A stretch of 37,833 bases of DNA. Origin: Octopus sinensis. Its lineage: Eukaryota. The stretch lies in the NCBI RefSeq assembly GCF_006345805.1, contig NW_021835876.1:1-37833 (forward strand), in the 5' to 3' direction. Shown here piece after piece: positions 35,871 through 37,833 of the stretch. The first letter of the stretch is position 1, and the number at the start of each line of letters is the position of its first letter. A program made the translations under genes and the position numbers. Under the pieces are notes generated by a model that searched no databases, was not told the origin of the DNA, and saw nothing but the letters and a program-made list of their open reading frames with translations.

Positions 35871-36989
35871 AAAATGAATATATATATATATATATATCAT
35901 ATCTACTATAATAATACTCTTGTGTTTTTCTCTGTCACAACATGAATGTGAAAGGAGAAGTGATAGATGAATAAGGAGGGAAGGGGTGAAAAATATTCAA
36001 ACAGTGTTTCAACTCTGTGTGAGTATATGTGTGTATGTGTGTGCATGTACAAGGGAAGTATGTGAATGTTTGCATTTGTGAACCTGCGTTCTTCCACTAA
36101 CAAATGATGATCAATGTCACATCTCAAAAGACAACCACTAGATAAAATTAAGAAGTGTATTAATGTGATTTACCGTCCATATTTATGTATAAAATACTAC
36201 AGTTAACTGTCATTATTTGACGGTACAGGGCCTGCTAGTATATACATAATGTGCATGTATTTTCTATGTCAGTATTGCCTTGTGTCTGTTTTCTGTGGTG
36301 GTTGGTATGAATTGGATGATTTGAGAGGATCTTATTAGTAGAAGGATGACATCATACTTCAGTGACTGCTTTGCCATGGGCTCTACAGCTGGATGCCATT
36401 CCTACTAACAATGGCTTTAAATCTTGCACTATAATATATATATATATATTATATATATATAATATATATATATATATATTATATATATTATATATATATA
36501 TAATACCATATCTTATTTATATAAATGTATCTTAATGTCACAACTGTTATATATATCTTGAAATCGAGTCAACACATATTTATGATTAAATGTCTGTGCA
36601 CCATATAATCTATAAACACAATAGATATGAAAAGGAAAAAAAGAAAAATCTATATGCGACTTCAAACTTTGACATCTCAAAGTTTCATGTGGAACATTTA
36701 TAATCATCAGCGGAGAAAAAGAGAACTTCTAATCATAGTTATTCATTGTGTTATGTATCTTTTGTAAATGAAATTCAAAAGAACTCAGGAGATGACCAAA
36801 AATAAAATATATGCTTCGTCACATCATCTCTTGGAGAATAAATAGAAATGAATTAATGCTGTGTTCTACTTCATTAAGAGGAGGATAACTATTAAATTAA
36901 ATCTTGCAGTATATACCATATTATGTCATAGTATTTATATGTATGAATGTTAATGCTTCAATGGTGGTCGATATCGTTAGTGAACGCTA

Positions 36990-37565
36990 ATTAAAATGTG
37001 TGTGTCGTTAAACATCTAGTTAAGCTGGAAACTACATAACGTATGTGTGAAGATATGTGTGTATCGATAGGTATGCATATGTGTGTGTGGGTGTATGTGT
37101 GTGTGTGTGTGCACGTATATGTGATGTATGTGTGTATATATGTGTATGTGTGCGTGTGTATATATATATGCATGCATGTATATATACTTGTGTATATATA
37201 TATATGTAAATGTATATGTGTATATGTAATTGCATGTGTGTATACGTATGTGTATATATATGTATATAGATATGTGTAATTGTGTGTGTGTACATGTGAT
37301 TGTATGAGTGTATATATATGTGCATGTGTGAGATTGTATTTGTGTTTGTGTGTGTGCACTTGCTTGTGTATGTGTGTGCATATATATTAATTAATTGGAT
37401 GTGTGAGTGGAAGACAATATGTTAATGTGACTGAATTGATAAGAATATTGATGGACGTGGGTGTGTGCATGTGTGTGTGTGTGTGTGTGTATTCATGTGA
37501 GATATTTATATATGTGATTGAAATAATGCGAGCGTGTATGAACACTAATATGTATGTATGCATGT
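36990..37565. repeat. Degenerate (TG)/(TA) microsatellite block; (CA)n also at 37790-37830
   Basis: Direct inspection. Confidence 0.95.
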
Positions 37566-37787
37566 GGATGTAGTGATTCATGTAAATATACTTTAGAACA
37601 ACACACTTGATATTACTAGACATTTAATAATATAGATTGGAATGTTTCCTCCGTGTATTTAAATGTACACTGGCACACACATTTAAATAAAATCTATTGT
37701 CTACAAAATTGTTTACAGTAATGAGTCATATGTCCGAAGCATTTATATATCGAATAGGTGTAATCATTGACTCCAGTAGACAAAATT

Positions 37788-37831
<44 letters not shown>

Positions 37832-37833
37832 AC

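Overview
AT-rich, extremely repeat-dense eukaryotic DNA. The SINE and MITE families and the (TA)/(CA)/(ATT) microsatellite load look like an Octopus (cephalopod) genome; this is inferred from remembered repeat motifs, not from a database search. I find no credible protein-coding gene: nearly all ORF-track entries are translations of microsatellites or SINEs. The only protein-like sequence is transposon debris: RTE-clade LINE RT and C-terminal remnants at about 4221-4547 and 18825-19061, and a Penelope-like (PLE) ORF N-terminus at 15033-15353. Three things stand out. (1) A non-autonomous family joins a tRNA-derived Pol III head, a minimal type I hammerhead ribozyme motif and a ~46-nt 3' tail that is also found on the Penelope-like fragments in this window; several insertions have an inverted tail piece at their 5' side. 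(2) A consensus-like recursive splice site (branch point, pyrimidine tract, AG|GTAAGT) lies at 34134-34171, followed by a 49-nt candidate exon with stops in all frames, suggesting the window is part of a long + strand intron. (3) Several long, near-perfect hairpins could form dsRNA substrates. Repeat boundaries were read by eye and are approximate.
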